This document shows, piece after piece, positions 1 to 9,324 of a stretch of DNA of 52,654 nt; within the stretch, counting starts at the first letter, position 1, and every line of letters begins with the position of its first letter. The notes below the pieces were generated by a model. The model did not search any database and had not been told where the DNA came from. It saw only the letters and a program-made list of their open reading frames with translations. This DNA comes from a virus (taxonomy: Duplodnaviria; Caudoviricetes). Where the stretch lies: positions 1-52,654 of the IMG/VR virus record IMGVR_UViG_3300026488_000030. One strand, given 5' to 3'. The translations under genes were made by a program, and so were the position numbers.

Positions 1-952
1 AATGTGTAAGCATGGTTTCCACGCTTCCGCACATTGCGACCTGTCTGAAACTGTTGATTATTACCCCAATATCGCAAACAACGAATATGCACTAGTTGAC
101 ATCAATGTTGTTGATAGCACGGACGATAAAGTCGTTGGTGATAGAATTACAATTATCAAGAAGCTGGAAACATTAGACGAGTTAATTGAGTATGATAAAA
201 CAGGCAAATGGTGCGTTGAGTATACAAAACAGGTCCAATGTACCGATGCTGATATCAAACGTCTGGAAGACGCGGTTGTTGAAAAGGACAAGACAGGCGA
301 GTGGTGTTATAAGTTTGCAGCGTGTGTTGATAACATTGATATCAAACGTTTAGAAGATGCAGTTGTTGAAAAAGACGCAACAGGTGAATGGTGTTACTTG
401 TTTGCGAAATATGTCAAAAATGCAGATGCTGAACATCTTGAAAATGCTGTAATAGAAAAGGATAAGACAGGTAAATGGTCTTATCAATTTGCAGCATACA
501 TTGACAATATTAGTATTAAACGTTTAGAAGATGCAGTCGTTGAAAAGGATACAACAGGTGAATGGTGTTATTTGTTCGCCGAACATGTCAAAGATGCAGA
601 TATTAAACGATTGCAAGATATTGTTATTGAGAAAGATAAAACGGGACGACTATGTTTATATTTTGCAGAGTATATTAATAAGGCCGATATTAAACGTTTA
701 GAAGATGCAGTCGTTGAAAAGGACACGACAGGTGAATGGTGTTATTTGTTTGCGAGATGGGTTAAAGGTGCAAATATTGAACGTTTAGAAAATGCTGTAA
801 TTGAGAAAGATAAAACGGGCGAATGGTGTGTTGAATTTGCAGGATGGGTTAAAGGTGCAAATGTTGAACGTCTACGAAATATAGCTGAAGAAAAATTAAG
901 AAAAATACCAGGTAAAGCGCTGAATTTTTGGCGCTTAACTTTCGTTGATTAA
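1..952 (+). CDS. DUF7666-like N-domain + ~8 x 29-aa helical repeat protein (paralogue 1, 5'-truncated by window)
   Basis: CKHGFHASAHCDLSETVDYYP motif shared with 3 paralogues; 87-bp repeats (ggcgagtggtgt at 296, ggtgaatggtgt at 383), consensus GEWCxxFAxxVKGADIKRLEDAVIEKDKT. Confidence 0.8.
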   Translation, partial: MCKHGFHASAHCDLSETVDYYPNIANNEYALVDINVVDSTDDKVVGDRITIIKKLETLDELIEYDKTGKWCVEYTKQVQCTDADIKRLEDAVVEKDKTGEWCYKFAACVDNIDIKRLEDAVVEKDATGEWCYLFAKYVKNADAEHLENAVIEKDKTGKWSYQFAAYIDNISIKRLEDAVVEKDTTGEWCYLFAEHVKDADIKRLQDIVIEKDKTGRLCLYFAEYINKADIKRLEDAVVEKDTTGEWCYLFARWVKGANIERLENAVIEKDKTGEWCVEFAGWVKGANVERLRNIAEEKLRKIPGKALNFWRLTFVD

Positions 953-966
953 AAAGGAGGTTCACA

Positions 967-1860
967 ATGATAAGACTCAAATCCATTCAAACAGGTAGCA
1001 TAAATTTCGATTTAGATTGCGGTAAACAACATGAAAATTTCACTTACAAAGATACCACATTGTCTAAAGCTACTCTTATCTTAGGTGATGAAAGGAAATA
1101 TCAAATTTTGCAAAATGTGTATGATGCATTGTGCATAACTGATGATTTCTTACATATGAGAAGCTATACTTCTCACCTTTACTATTCGACTGTATCTTTA
1201 AACGGTGAAACTAAAGTTACATTTGCAAGTAATGGTCCCATTGAAATTAATATAAATAATAAAAAGGTTAGCTTATTAAATATACGAGCTAGATTTGCAT
1301 ATATCACAGATGATAATATAGATAACCATCTATACCTACTAGGTAGGCGTAGACGAGACTATGTTGCATATTTACAGAGCCTACTGAAAGACTTCGATCT
1401 CACTGTTACGTTTAGCTCCGATAATACTATCACTTGCAACGGCATAACATATGATAGTAGTATCAAGGAATTTATTAGAAGCAGTAGCAGAGTTAGAGGT
1501 ATACTAAAAGGTCTATTTGCTATCATTCATATGCAAGTAGAAGATGGAATAGTATTACTGGAAGATTTAGACAGTGGAATTGATTATGAAACACTTAAAG
1601 AGTTATGGGCGAGGTTCTTACGAACAGCAAATGGCAGAATCATAGCTACAAGTAATGATGCACAACTATTACAAAATAAAGATTTATTCAGTTTGTGCAA
1701 TATACAAATTTGTGATGGTAATGATGTGTACAAGCTGAGTGAAATAAACGGTATTGAAACGGTGGATGATATTTACAAAGCGTATATGAATGGTAAGTTA
1801 GGCGGAGTAACGGATTATACGACATTGAACTTTGATCAATTCATAGATGAAACTAAATGA
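967..1860 (+). CDS. degenerate AAA_21/RloA(AbiLi)-like ABC-type ATPase, probably inactive
   Basis: SD aaggagg; VLLEDLDSGID (Walker B/D-loop-like), IIATSND (H-switch position lacking His), C-terminal YMNGKLGGV; Walker A position reads LILGDERKY. Confidence 0.5.
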   Translation: MIRLKSIQTGSINFDLDCGKQHENFTYKDTTLSKATLILGDERKYQILQNVYDALCITDDFLHMRSYTSHLYYSTVSLNGETKVTFASNGPIEININNKKVSLLNIRARFAYITDDNIDNHLYLLGRRRRDYVAYLQSLLKDFDLTVTFSSDNTITCNGITYDSSIKEFIRSSSRVRGILKGLFAIIHMQVEDGIVLLEDLDSGIDYETLKELWARFLRTANGRIIATSNDAQLLQNKDLFSLCNIQICDGNDVYKLSEINGIETVDDIYKAYMNGKLGGVTDYTTLNFDQFIDETK

Positions 1861-1934
1861 GTAATTGAAAGCACCGATTTTGATATTAGTAATTTTCAGC
1901 ACTTCACTTTCATTGCTTAAAAGGAGGCGAACAT

Positions 1935-2399
1935 ATGATAGAGAAAATTATGGTTGACTATGTAAACCCAGACGCAAGTGAAGAACCATATGTAGCTCTC
2001 GTAAATGTCATGTGTAATGATGGCACTATATACCACCCAACCACATTAATAGAATTATTGCAATATGCTCTAAAAGCGGAGGGATTTGAACTGTTAGTTA
2101 CAGATGAAGGTGCTTCTATTGTTAAATGTTTGTCAAACAAAGGTCGATATGAAGTGTATAAACTACATGATGGTCAAGTCAATATGATCAAAAAATCAGT
2201 AGATTTACGGGGATTACAAAGGAGACAATTTGAAGAATATCTAAAAGAAGTTAAGAGTATAGTTTTTATTGCAAATGAAAACGACGCCAAAATAGTATTA
2301 TTTAGTGTTGAGTATGATCTTCACAAGATGAGCTATAAAGAAATGTCTTTGGCTAAATCAGAATATGAATTATCTCGGTATGGACTATCAGATACATAA
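1935..2399 (+). CDS. hypothetical protein, paralogue of 4307..4684
   Basis: SD aaggagg; shared motifs KIxVDYV, AEG(F/Y)(E/D)L, SIVKxLxNxGRY, MIKxxxDLxGL. Confidence 0.8.
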   Translation: MIEKIMVDYVNPDASEEPYVALVNVMCNDGTIYHPTTLIELLQYALKAEGFELLVTDEGASIVKCLSNKGRYEVYKLHDGQVNMIKKSVDLRGLQRRQFEEYLKEVKSIVFIANENDAKIVLFSVEYDLHKMSYKEMSLAKSEYELSRYGLSDT

Positions 2400-2422
2400 A
2401 TATAAGATGAAAGGAGTTAATT

Positions 2423-3616
2423 ATGATAACAGTCAAAGCATTTGACAAAAGACTTATATGCAATGGATTTCAATACGAGGTCGGCAGAACATACACAATG
2501 CCGACTGAAGAAGTCGCAATATGCGAACGTGGTTTCCACGCTTCTGCACATTGTGATCTATCGGAAACTCTCGACTATTACCCAGATGTTGTGAATAATG
2601 AATATGCACTAGTCGATATCAGTGTTGTCAGTAGCACAGATGATAAAGTCGTTGGTGATAAGATTACAATTATCAAGAAGTTGGAAACATTAGACGAGTT
2701 GATTATGTACGATAAGACTGGGGAATGGTGTTATGAGTTTGCAAAAAATACTAATGACATGAATACTATCAAACAATTACAAGACACTATTATCAAGAAT
2801 GATCGAACAGGTGAAATGAGTTATCGTTTCGCAAAAGATATCAAAGGGGCGGATATTGAACAGTTACAGAATTCTGTCATAGAGAAAGATAAAGACGGCA
2901 GATGGTGCTATCGTTTTGCGAATCATGTTAAAGGTGCGAACATTAAGCGTCTCGAAAATGCTGTAATGCAGAAAGATTTATCAGGTCAATGGTGTTATCA
3001 TTTTGCTAAATCTGTTAAAAACGCTAATACCAAACATCTTGAAAATGCAGTTATTGAAAAAGACCCATCTGGAATGTGGTGTTGTAATTTTGCAAAAGAT
3101 GTGAAAGGAGCAGATACTAGTAAGTTACAACAAGCAGTTATTCAAAAAGACAAAACTGGTTTGTGGTCCTACCAATTTGCTAGATTTATTAAGGGAGCAG
3201 ATATTAGTAAATTGCAACAAGAAGTCATTAAAAAAGATCAATCTGGCCAATGGTGCACGTGGTTTGCTTCAGGAGTTAAAGATGCAGATATTAAAGAACT
3301 AGAAGATGCTGTAATCAAAAAAGATTCATCAGGTGAGTGGTGTTATCATTTCGCAAGAGATGTAAGAGGAGCTGATATTGAACGACTCCAAAGTGAAGCG
3401 ATAAAGAAAGATGAGTCTGGTGAGTGGTGTTATTGGTTCGCTAGACTTATTGAGGGTGCAGATATTGAAAAGTTGCAAGAAGCGGTGATTCAAAAAGATT
3501 CATCAGGTGAGTGGTATTATCATTTCGCAAGAGATGTAAGAGGAGCTGATATTGAACGACTCCAAAGTGAAGCGATAAAGAAAGACCAGACTGGTCACTG
3601 GACAATGATGTTGTGA
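2423..3616 (+). CDS. DUF7666-like N-domain + 10 x 29-aa helical repeat protein (paralogue 2)
   Basis: MITVKAFDKRLICNGFQYEVGRTY...ICERGFHAS N-domain; 10 repeats; SD aaggag. Confidence 0.85.
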   Translation: MITVKAFDKRLICNGFQYEVGRTYTMPTEEVAICERGFHASAHCDLSETLDYYPDVVNNEYALVDISVVSSTDDKVVGDKITIIKKLETLDELIMYDKTGEWCYEFAKNTNDMNTIKQLQDTIIKNDRTGEMSYRFAKDIKGADIEQLQNSVIEKDKDGRWCYRFANHVKGANIKRLENAVMQKDLSGQWCYHFAKSVKNANTKHLENAVIEKDPSGMWCCNFAKDVKGADTSKLQQAVIQKDKTGLWSYQFARFIKGADISKLQQEVIKKDQSGQWCTWFASGVKDADIKELEDAVIKKDSSGEWCYHFARDVRGADIERLQSEAIKKDESGEWCYWFARLIEGADIEKLQEAVIQKDSSGEWYYHFARDVRGADIERLQSEAIKKDQTGHWTMML

Positions 3617-3687
3617 ATTACCATACCTGACTGGTATGTAATCCAAACTTGTGGTTAATATATCAAAGTAACACGAAGAGGTGTTAA

Positions 3688-4281
3688 ATGAGACAGTTGA
3701 CAATTGATGAAGTAAGGAAAATGAAAATTGCTGAGATTGGGATACAAATAACAACTAAATGCAATTTCAATTGCAAACACTGTTTCGTAAAGAATAAGCA
3801 TAATAATACTGAAGATATAGACGTGAAGAAACTTAAACAGATTCTAGATAACATAGAACTGTCAGAAGTGAAGAAAGTGCTAATTCTCGGTGGAGAGATT
3901 AGTCTAAAACCTACGCTTGTTAAAGCGGTATTAGAGTTATTGAAAACAAAATGTTCCAATGCAAACATCATTCTATTTTCGAATGGGTCTAACATCAAAC
4001 CACTTCTTAATATTGTAGAACCATTTAACAACTTGAAACTCGGTCTAGTTCTATCCGATACGAGTTATCACAGGATGAATAGTAATTACAAAAGTATTAA
4101 AGAAGAAGTTCTGCCACTAATACCAGACGGCGTTTTCAAGTTAGGTGTAGAGATTGTTGGCGATGAAAAACTGAAAATTTTCAGATCAGACTTGTCTGAC
4201 TTAAGTAAGGAAGATATGTCTGGTATAGGCATTAATGCTTTAGGTGATATCTATCCAGACAGCTGTATCATACCAGACTAA
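3688..4281 (+). CDS. short radical SAM protein
   Basis: CNFNCKHC (CxxxCxxC), GGE motif, FSNG; SD gaggtg. Confidence 0.8.
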   Translation: MRQLTIDEVRKMKIAEIGIQITTKCNFNCKHCFVKNKHNNTEDIDVKKLKQILDNIELSEVKKVLILGGEISLKPTLVKAVLELLKTKCSNANIILFSNGSNIKPLLNIVEPFNNLKLGLVLSDTSYHRMNSNYKSIKEEVLPLIPDGVFKLGVEIVGDEKLKIFRSDLSDLSKEDMSGIGINALGDIYPDSCIIPD

Positions 4282-4306
4282 ATCAAGTGAAAGGAGGTAG
4301 TAAATA

Positions 4307-4684
4307 GTGAAAAAAATTGTAGTCGATTACGTTGAAAGAGGCAATGAAATGATTGTAGCACATGTTAGTATTATACATGATGGTGGAACTGTGTATAACG
4401 CAGTGACATTATTGGATATGACACGGGAAGTTTTAAGAGCTGAGGGGTACGATTTGGAAATATCATATACTGGGAAAAGTATTGTTAAATATTTGCCAAA
4501 TGGAGGACGATATGATGTGACTGAGTTGAGGGATGATGAAATTAAAATGATTAAAGAAGCGCCGGATTTGCACGGGTTGTCCAAGGAACAGTTTGACAAG
4601 TATGTCGAGATGATTCAACAGATACTCAAACGTGCAGTTGAGAATGACAACGTATCAATGCGCAGAGTGGAATATGAACTGTAG
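4307..4684 (+). CDS. hypothetical protein, paralogue of 1935..2399
   Basis: SD aaggagg + GTG; motifs shared with 1935..2399. Confidence 0.8.
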   Translation: MKKIVVDYVERGNEMIVAHVSIIHDGGTVYNAVTLLDMTREVLRAEGYDLEISYTGKSIVKYLPNGGRYDVTELRDDEIKMIKEAPDLHGLSKEQFDKYVEMIQQILKRAVENDNVSMRRVEYEL

Positions 4685-4697
4685 TTAACACCCTAAC

Positions 4698-4725
4698 ACC
4701 CCCTGTAGACACAGGGGTAATTTTT
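4698..4725 (+). terminator. intrinsic terminator
   Basis: cccctgt-agac-acagggg followed by taattttt. Confidence 0.65.
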
Positions 4726-4745
4726 GTGTGAAAAAGGAGGTGTTC

Positions 4746-5711
4746 GTGATTACAGTAAAAGCATTCAACAGGGGTCTTAAATGTCACGGATTTCAATATC
4801 AAGTCGGTGAAACGTATACAATGCCCGCTGAAGAGGTTAAAATATGCAAGCGTGGCTTCCACGCTTCTGCACATTGTGATCTATCGGAAACCGTTGGATA
4901 TTACCCAGATGTTGCAAATAACGAATATGCACTAGTTGACATCAACGTTGTTGATAGCACCGACGATAAAGTCGTTGGTGATAAAATTACAATCATCAAG
5001 AAGCTGGAAACGTTAGACGAGTTAATTAAGTATGATAAAACTGGCAGATGGTGTTACTGGTTTGCAAGAGATAGTAGAAGTACTAATATTAAGCGATTAG
5101 AAGACGCTGTAATTGAAAAAGACCCGACAGGTGAATGGTGTGCATATTTTGCGATATATGTCAAAGGTGCTAATATTGGGTGTTTAGAGGAAGCAGTGAT
5201 AGAAAAGGATAAAACGGGAAAATGGTGTGTTGAATTTGCAGAATGGGTTAAAGATGCTAACATAGAACGTCTGCAAGATGCTGTAATCGAAAAGGATAAA
5301 ACTGGAAAACGGTGTACATATTTTGCAAAATGGATTAAAGATGCTGATATTAAGCGTCTCGAAGACGCTGTGATAGAAAAGGATAGTACAGGTGAATTAT
5401 GCATATATTTTGTACAAAATATTGACGATGCTAATATTAAGCGTTTAGAAGACGCAGTAATTGAAAAAGATTCAACGGGTGAATGGTGTACATATTTTGC
5501 TGCAAATATCAAAGGTGCTAATATCAAGCGTCTCGAAAACGCGGTGATTGAAAAGGATGAAACTGGGGAATGGTGTAAATATTTCGCGATATATGTCAGA
5601 GGTGCTGATATTGAGCGTTTAGAAGATGCTATAGCTGAAAAAGATGAAGTAGGCAAGTGGTATGAGTATTTTAGTGAACATGTCACCAGAGAGAATTACA
5701 ATTCGCAGTAG
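4746..5711 (+). CDS. DUF7666-like N-domain + 7-8 x 29-aa helical repeat protein (paralogue 3)
   Basis: SD aaggagg then GTG 4746 aligns with MITVKAF of the paralogues. Confidence 0.85.
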   Translation: MITVKAFNRGLKCHGFQYQVGETYTMPAEEVKICKRGFHASAHCDLSETVGYYPDVANNEYALVDINVVDSTDDKVVGDKITIIKKLETLDELIKYDKTGRWCYWFARDSRSTNIKRLEDAVIEKDPTGEWCAYFAIYVKGANIGCLEEAVIEKDKTGKWCVEFAEWVKDANIERLQDAVIEKDKTGKRCTYFAKWIKDADIKRLEDAVIEKDSTGELCIYFVQNIDDANIKRLEDAVIEKDSTGEWCTYFAANIKGANIKRLENAVIEKDETGEWCKYFAIYVRGADIERLEDAIAEKDEVGKWYEYFSEHVTRENYNSQ

Positions 5712-5952
5712 ATTATGTTCGATTCAACGTTGATACGTCCTATTGATAATCACATTGTAATTGAGTGAACTACCAATGAACGTTCACAGAGAGTTCAGTA
5801 TTTTGTAACCACTTTTCAACAGAAATCATTATAAATGAGAATTGCTTTTTCATATGTAGGAGGTGAAACATGTGACGGTTGTACAAAAGTCAATGCAAAT
5901 GGATTGTAGGATGTGTTCACAAAATTTTAAATTGAAGAAGGAGGTATTGCAA

Positions 5953-6243
5953 ATGGTACTTTTTGAACAGGTTTTAGAAAAACACGCTGGGAAAACGGTG
6001 AAAGATAGTGAATTGTTGAAGAAATTGTTGGAAGAAGCGCGCAAATTCAAAGACGGAGAATGGCATACAGAAGGTGTAAACGGTGAACCACAATACAATG
6101 TGGAACATGGCAATATAAGCATACGTTTATGCGTTAAGTGGCCAGATGTTAAGCAAATTCTAGAAGGTATTGACATAAAAGAATTAGTCTGGATGATCGA
6201 ACTGCAGGATGAAAATAGAAAGGTAATAGTCACAAAAGGCTAA
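5953..6243 (+). CDS. hypothetical protein (alternative GTG start at 5872)
   Basis: SD aaggagg before ATG 5953; followed by terminator. Confidence 0.65.
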   Translation: MVLFEQVLEKHAGKTVKDSELLKKLLEEARKFKDGEWHTEGVNGEPQYNVEHGNISIRLCVKWPDVKQILEGIDIKELVWMIELQDENRKVIVTKG

Positions 6244-6258
6244 GGTTAAAATGCGAAT

Positions 6259-6289
6259 GCGGACGGCTTAATAGTCGTCCGTTATTTTT
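6259..6289 (+). terminator. intrinsic terminator
   Basis: gcggacggc-ttaata-gtcgtccgt + tattttt. Confidence 0.75.
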
Positions 6290-6300
6290 GTCTATTTTTA

Positions 6301-6655
6301 TTTAGCGCGCGAATTGCGGCGGCTATTGCAAGTGGTTGAAGCTGTTACGCTAACAGCGCTTAAATCGCGTGTTAACATTCTCAGCTAAAGTCAGAATGCC
6401 ATACACGCGATAACACGCTCATATCGCAAACAGCTGAAGCTGTTACGCCAACAGCGAATAAATCGCGTGTTATCACCCATGGCTAAAATCAGAGTGCTAT
6501 ACGCAGAATAATTTGCACATATAGCGACGTAAACGCGCCTATATGCGACGATATGAGCGCCATCAATATGAAACATTGAATTCGACTGTATCGTTGCATA
6601 TACGCGAAGTATGTCGCTATTAGAGCCAGGTTATAGTATAGTTATTGTAGTGAGT
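6301..6655 (+). repeat. family A structured intergenic element, copy 1 (100-bp core 6521-6620)
   Basis: core atagcgacgtaaacgcgcctatatgcgacgata...tatgtcgctat shared with 7 other loci. Confidence 0.95.
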
Positions 6656-6746
6656 ATGTATTAGATTCAACAAATGCAAATAGAAATTATCTGATGATAG
6701 ATAGATTCCTTGTCTATTGAAGCAATAAGTTGAAAAGGAGGTGTTT

Positions 6747-7685
6747 ATGATTACAGTAAAAGCTTTTAACAAAGGTTTAATTTGCAACAGTTTTCAGTAT
6801 CAAGTTGGCAAAACGTATACAATGCCGGCTGAAGAAGTTAAAATATGTGAGCGTGGCTTCCACGCTTCTGCACATTGTGACCTGTCTGAAACTATTGAGT
6901 ATTACCCTAATGTTGCAAACAACGAATACGCATTGGTTGATATCAATGTTGTTGACAGTGTAGATGATAAGGTTGTTGGTGATAAAATTACAATCATCAA
7001 GAAACTAGAAACATTAGATGAGTTAATCCAGTACGATAAAACGGGTGAATGGTGTTATCAGTTCGCAAAAAGCAGTAGAAGCACCAACGTTAAATATTTA
7101 GAAGATGCTGTAGTTGAAAAAGATTCAACGGGTGAATGGTGTACATATTTTGCAGAATATATCAAAGGTGCAAACATTAAGCGATTAGAAGATGCAGTAA
7201 TAAAGAAAGACAAAATTGGTCAATGGTGCACATATTTTGCACAATGGGTCAAAGGTGTAGATATTAAGCGCCTGGAGTGTGCTATTGTTGAGAAAGATGA
7301 AACAGGAAGGTGGTGTGCAGCATTTGCAGCAAGTGACAAAAATGTTGATATCAAACGTTTTGAAGATTTAGTGATTGAGAGAGACGCAACAGGTGAGGCG
7401 TGTTACTGCTTTGCTGTTGACGTAAAAGGTGCTGACATTAAGCGATTAGAAGATGAAGTGATAGAAAAGGATAAAACAGGCCAGTGGTGTGCATATTTCG
7501 CAGAAACTGTTAAAGGTGCAGATATTAAGCGTCTCGAAGACGCTGTGATAGAAAAAGATAAAACAGGTGAATGGTGTACAATATTTGCATTGTTTGTCGA
7601 TAATGCAAATGTGGAACGTCTGAAAACTGCTGTAATGAAAAAAGACAAGGAGGGTAAATGGTGTAAATATTTCACTAAACATTGA
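6747..7685 (+). CDS. DUF7666-like N-domain + 7-8 x 29-aa helical repeat protein (paralogue 4)
   Basis: SD aaggaggtg then ATG 6747 (MITVKAF). Confidence 0.85.
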   Translation: MITVKAFNKGLICNSFQYQVGKTYTMPAEEVKICERGFHASAHCDLSETIEYYPNVANNEYALVDINVVDSVDDKVVGDKITIIKKLETLDELIQYDKTGEWCYQFAKSSRSTNVKYLEDAVVEKDSTGEWCTYFAEYIKGANIKRLEDAVIKKDKIGQWCTYFAQWVKGVDIKRLECAIVEKDETGRWCAAFAASDKNVDIKRFEDLVIERDATGEACYCFAVDVKGADIKRLEDEVIEKDKTGQWCAYFAETVKGADIKRLEDAVIEKDKTGEWCTIFALFVDNANVERLKTAVMKKDKEGKWCKYFTKH

Positions 7686-7708
7686 ATGTTAGATAACACG
7701 AGTTCAAT

Positions 7709-7746
7709 GGCAAGGGTCTAGTGTGGACTCTTGCCTTATTTTATTT
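7709..7746 (+). terminator. intrinsic terminator ending the + strand block
   Basis: ggcaagggtcta-gtg-tggactcttgcc + ttattttattt. Confidence 0.75.
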
Positions 7747-7747
7747 G

Positions 7748-8035
7748 TTAAGCGCGCAAATTGCGATGATTATTGACGCTAGGTTTACCTGTGACTTAGA
7801 AAGTCGCAGTGTGATATGCGGTTCACTCTCCGCATATCACAAACAGCTGAAGCTGTTACGCTACCAGCGCCTAAACACGCGCATATAGCGACGTAAACGC
7901 GCCTATATGCGACGATATGAGCGCCATCAATATAAAACATTGAATTCGACTATATCGTTTAATATACGCGAAGTATGTCGCTATTAAAGCCAGGTTGCGG
8001 ATATAGTTACTATAGTGAGTGTATGTTATAATTAG
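7748..8035 (+). repeat. family A element, copy 2 (core 7885-7984)
   Basis: near-identical 100-bp core; tandem with copy 3 (305-bp period). Confidence 0.95.
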
Positions 8036-8069
8036 TTGTAACTGACGCGATTGCCAAAATCGAGATACC

Positions 8070-8335
8070 ACTAGCGCTTAAACATGCGCATATCGCAAAC
8101 AGCTGAAGCTGTTACGCTACCACACGATAAATCGCGTGTTATCATCCGCAACTGAAGTTGGAATGCTATACGCAGAATAATCTGCGCATATAGCGACGTA
8201 AACGCGCCTATATGCGACGATATGAGCACCAGCAATATAAAACATTGAATTTGGCTGTATCGTTTAATATACGCGAAGTATGTCGCTATTAGAGCCAGGT
8301 TGCGGATATAGTTACTGTAGTGATTATTAGTTACA
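8070..8335 (+). repeat. family A element, copy 3 (core 8190-8289)
   Basis: core plus aacagc-tgaa-gctgtt and cgcaga-ataa-tctgcg hairpins. Confidence 0.95.
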
Positions 8336-8347
8336 AAAATTTTAGAC

Positions 8348-8373
8348 AAAAATAACCCGCCGGGGAGGCGGGT
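8348..8373 (-). terminator. intrinsic terminator after tail tube gene
   Basis: acccgcc/ggcgggt stem with A-run on the + side (U-tail on -). Confidence 0.7.
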
Positions 8374-8426
8374 GGGGAGGAGCACATGCAGTAATTTTAT
8401 GTGAACGCAACAAGCGAATTACCAGC

Positions 8427-9224
8427 TTACTCTGCTGGTTTTCTCTCAGGCTCATTAGCCTGAACAGGACTATAAGATTTGCTACCATGTAAGAATGAAC
8501 TGAAGTTCTCATATGTCTTCATGTAGCTTTTTGCATTGAGCATTGCGAGAACAGTCTTCTCAACGTCAGCGTCAAATCTATTTATTGGAGCCCCATCAAA
8601 GGAGAATGTTACACTGTACTGGATGCTGTCGTTACCTGTTAGGTTGTTTGTTATTGATTCTTCAGGAACGTTTGTTGGGAATACACCAGCGAATGCATAG
8701 ATGTCTTCAATGTCATCAGCAGTTACCTGTTGACCGTCTGCTCCAGTTGGTTTCATTAATGCTACGTAGCATTTGCCTTTGTAGTTGGTAGGAATGAACT
8801 CTTTACCTTTTAGTGGAGATACACCAAGGATTGGGTCGAATAGACCTGCCCAGGTTCTGAGAATAGTCAAGAGTGGCATGTTCTGGTATTCTCTGAATGT
8901 TAATGTGAATTGTCTTGTGATTACTTTAGATGTTGGAAAAGAAGCGCCGACTTGACCGAGACCTACAGTATCGACTTTGTTGATTGTATATCCAGGTGGT
9001 GTGAATGATTCACATGTAGAATGTAACCATTCTTTAGCTGTTGATGTTGTTTTGCCAAAAAGAAGTGGTGGAAGTTCGAAGAAAACCTGAAAGTAACCAG
9101 ATATATATGGTTGAGTGTCTCTGTCTCCGCCAATGTTTCTGGTTAAAGCATCTGGAGACGTTCTACCTTTAGTTGAAACGTCTGTAAAAATTGAATTAAG
9201 TGCTTCTATGTATGTGTTAGCCAT
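8427..9224 (-). CDS. tail tube protein
   Basis: directly downstream of sheath; CESFTPPG, FTLTFREY, FAGVFPTNVP, YSVTFSFDG resemble T4 gp19-like tubes. Confidence 0.8.
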   Translation of the reverse strand: MANTYIEALNSIFTDVSTKGRTSPDALTRNIGGDRDTQPYISGYFQVFFELPPLLFGKTTSTAKEWLHSTCESFTPPGYTINKVDTVGLGQVGASFPTSKVITRQFTLTFREYQNMPLLTILRTWAGLFDPILGVSPLKGKEFIPTNYKGKCYVALMKPTGADGQQVTADDIEDIYAFAGVFPTNVPEESITNNLTGNDSIQYSVTFSFDGAPINRFDADVEKTVLAMLNAKSYMKTYENFSSFLHGSKSYSPVQANEPERKPAE

Positions 9225-9324
9225 TGTTACCTCCGTTGAAAGTTTAAAGGATTTAATAGGAAAAGCGCGCGAAATTGCACAGGTGGCGAAATCGCGCGCT
9301 AATCTATCTTAATGAACCTATTGC

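Noticed and set aside
5859-5875. SD followed by an ATG-TGA start-stop minigene
   Set aside because: The same SD can serve the in-frame GTG at 5872; the two cannot be distinguished from sequence.
5054-7699. Long antisense ORFs over the repeat genes (61..291, 5054..5686, 7403..7699) and other shadow ORFs
   Set aside because: Mirror frames of repetitive or codon-biased genes, without RBS.
6301-8335. Family A as integron attC sites or IS/MITE ends
   Set aside because: Not one per gene, no consistent RYYYAAC/GTTRRRY ends, no terminal inverted repeats or target duplications, and no integrase or transposase in the window.
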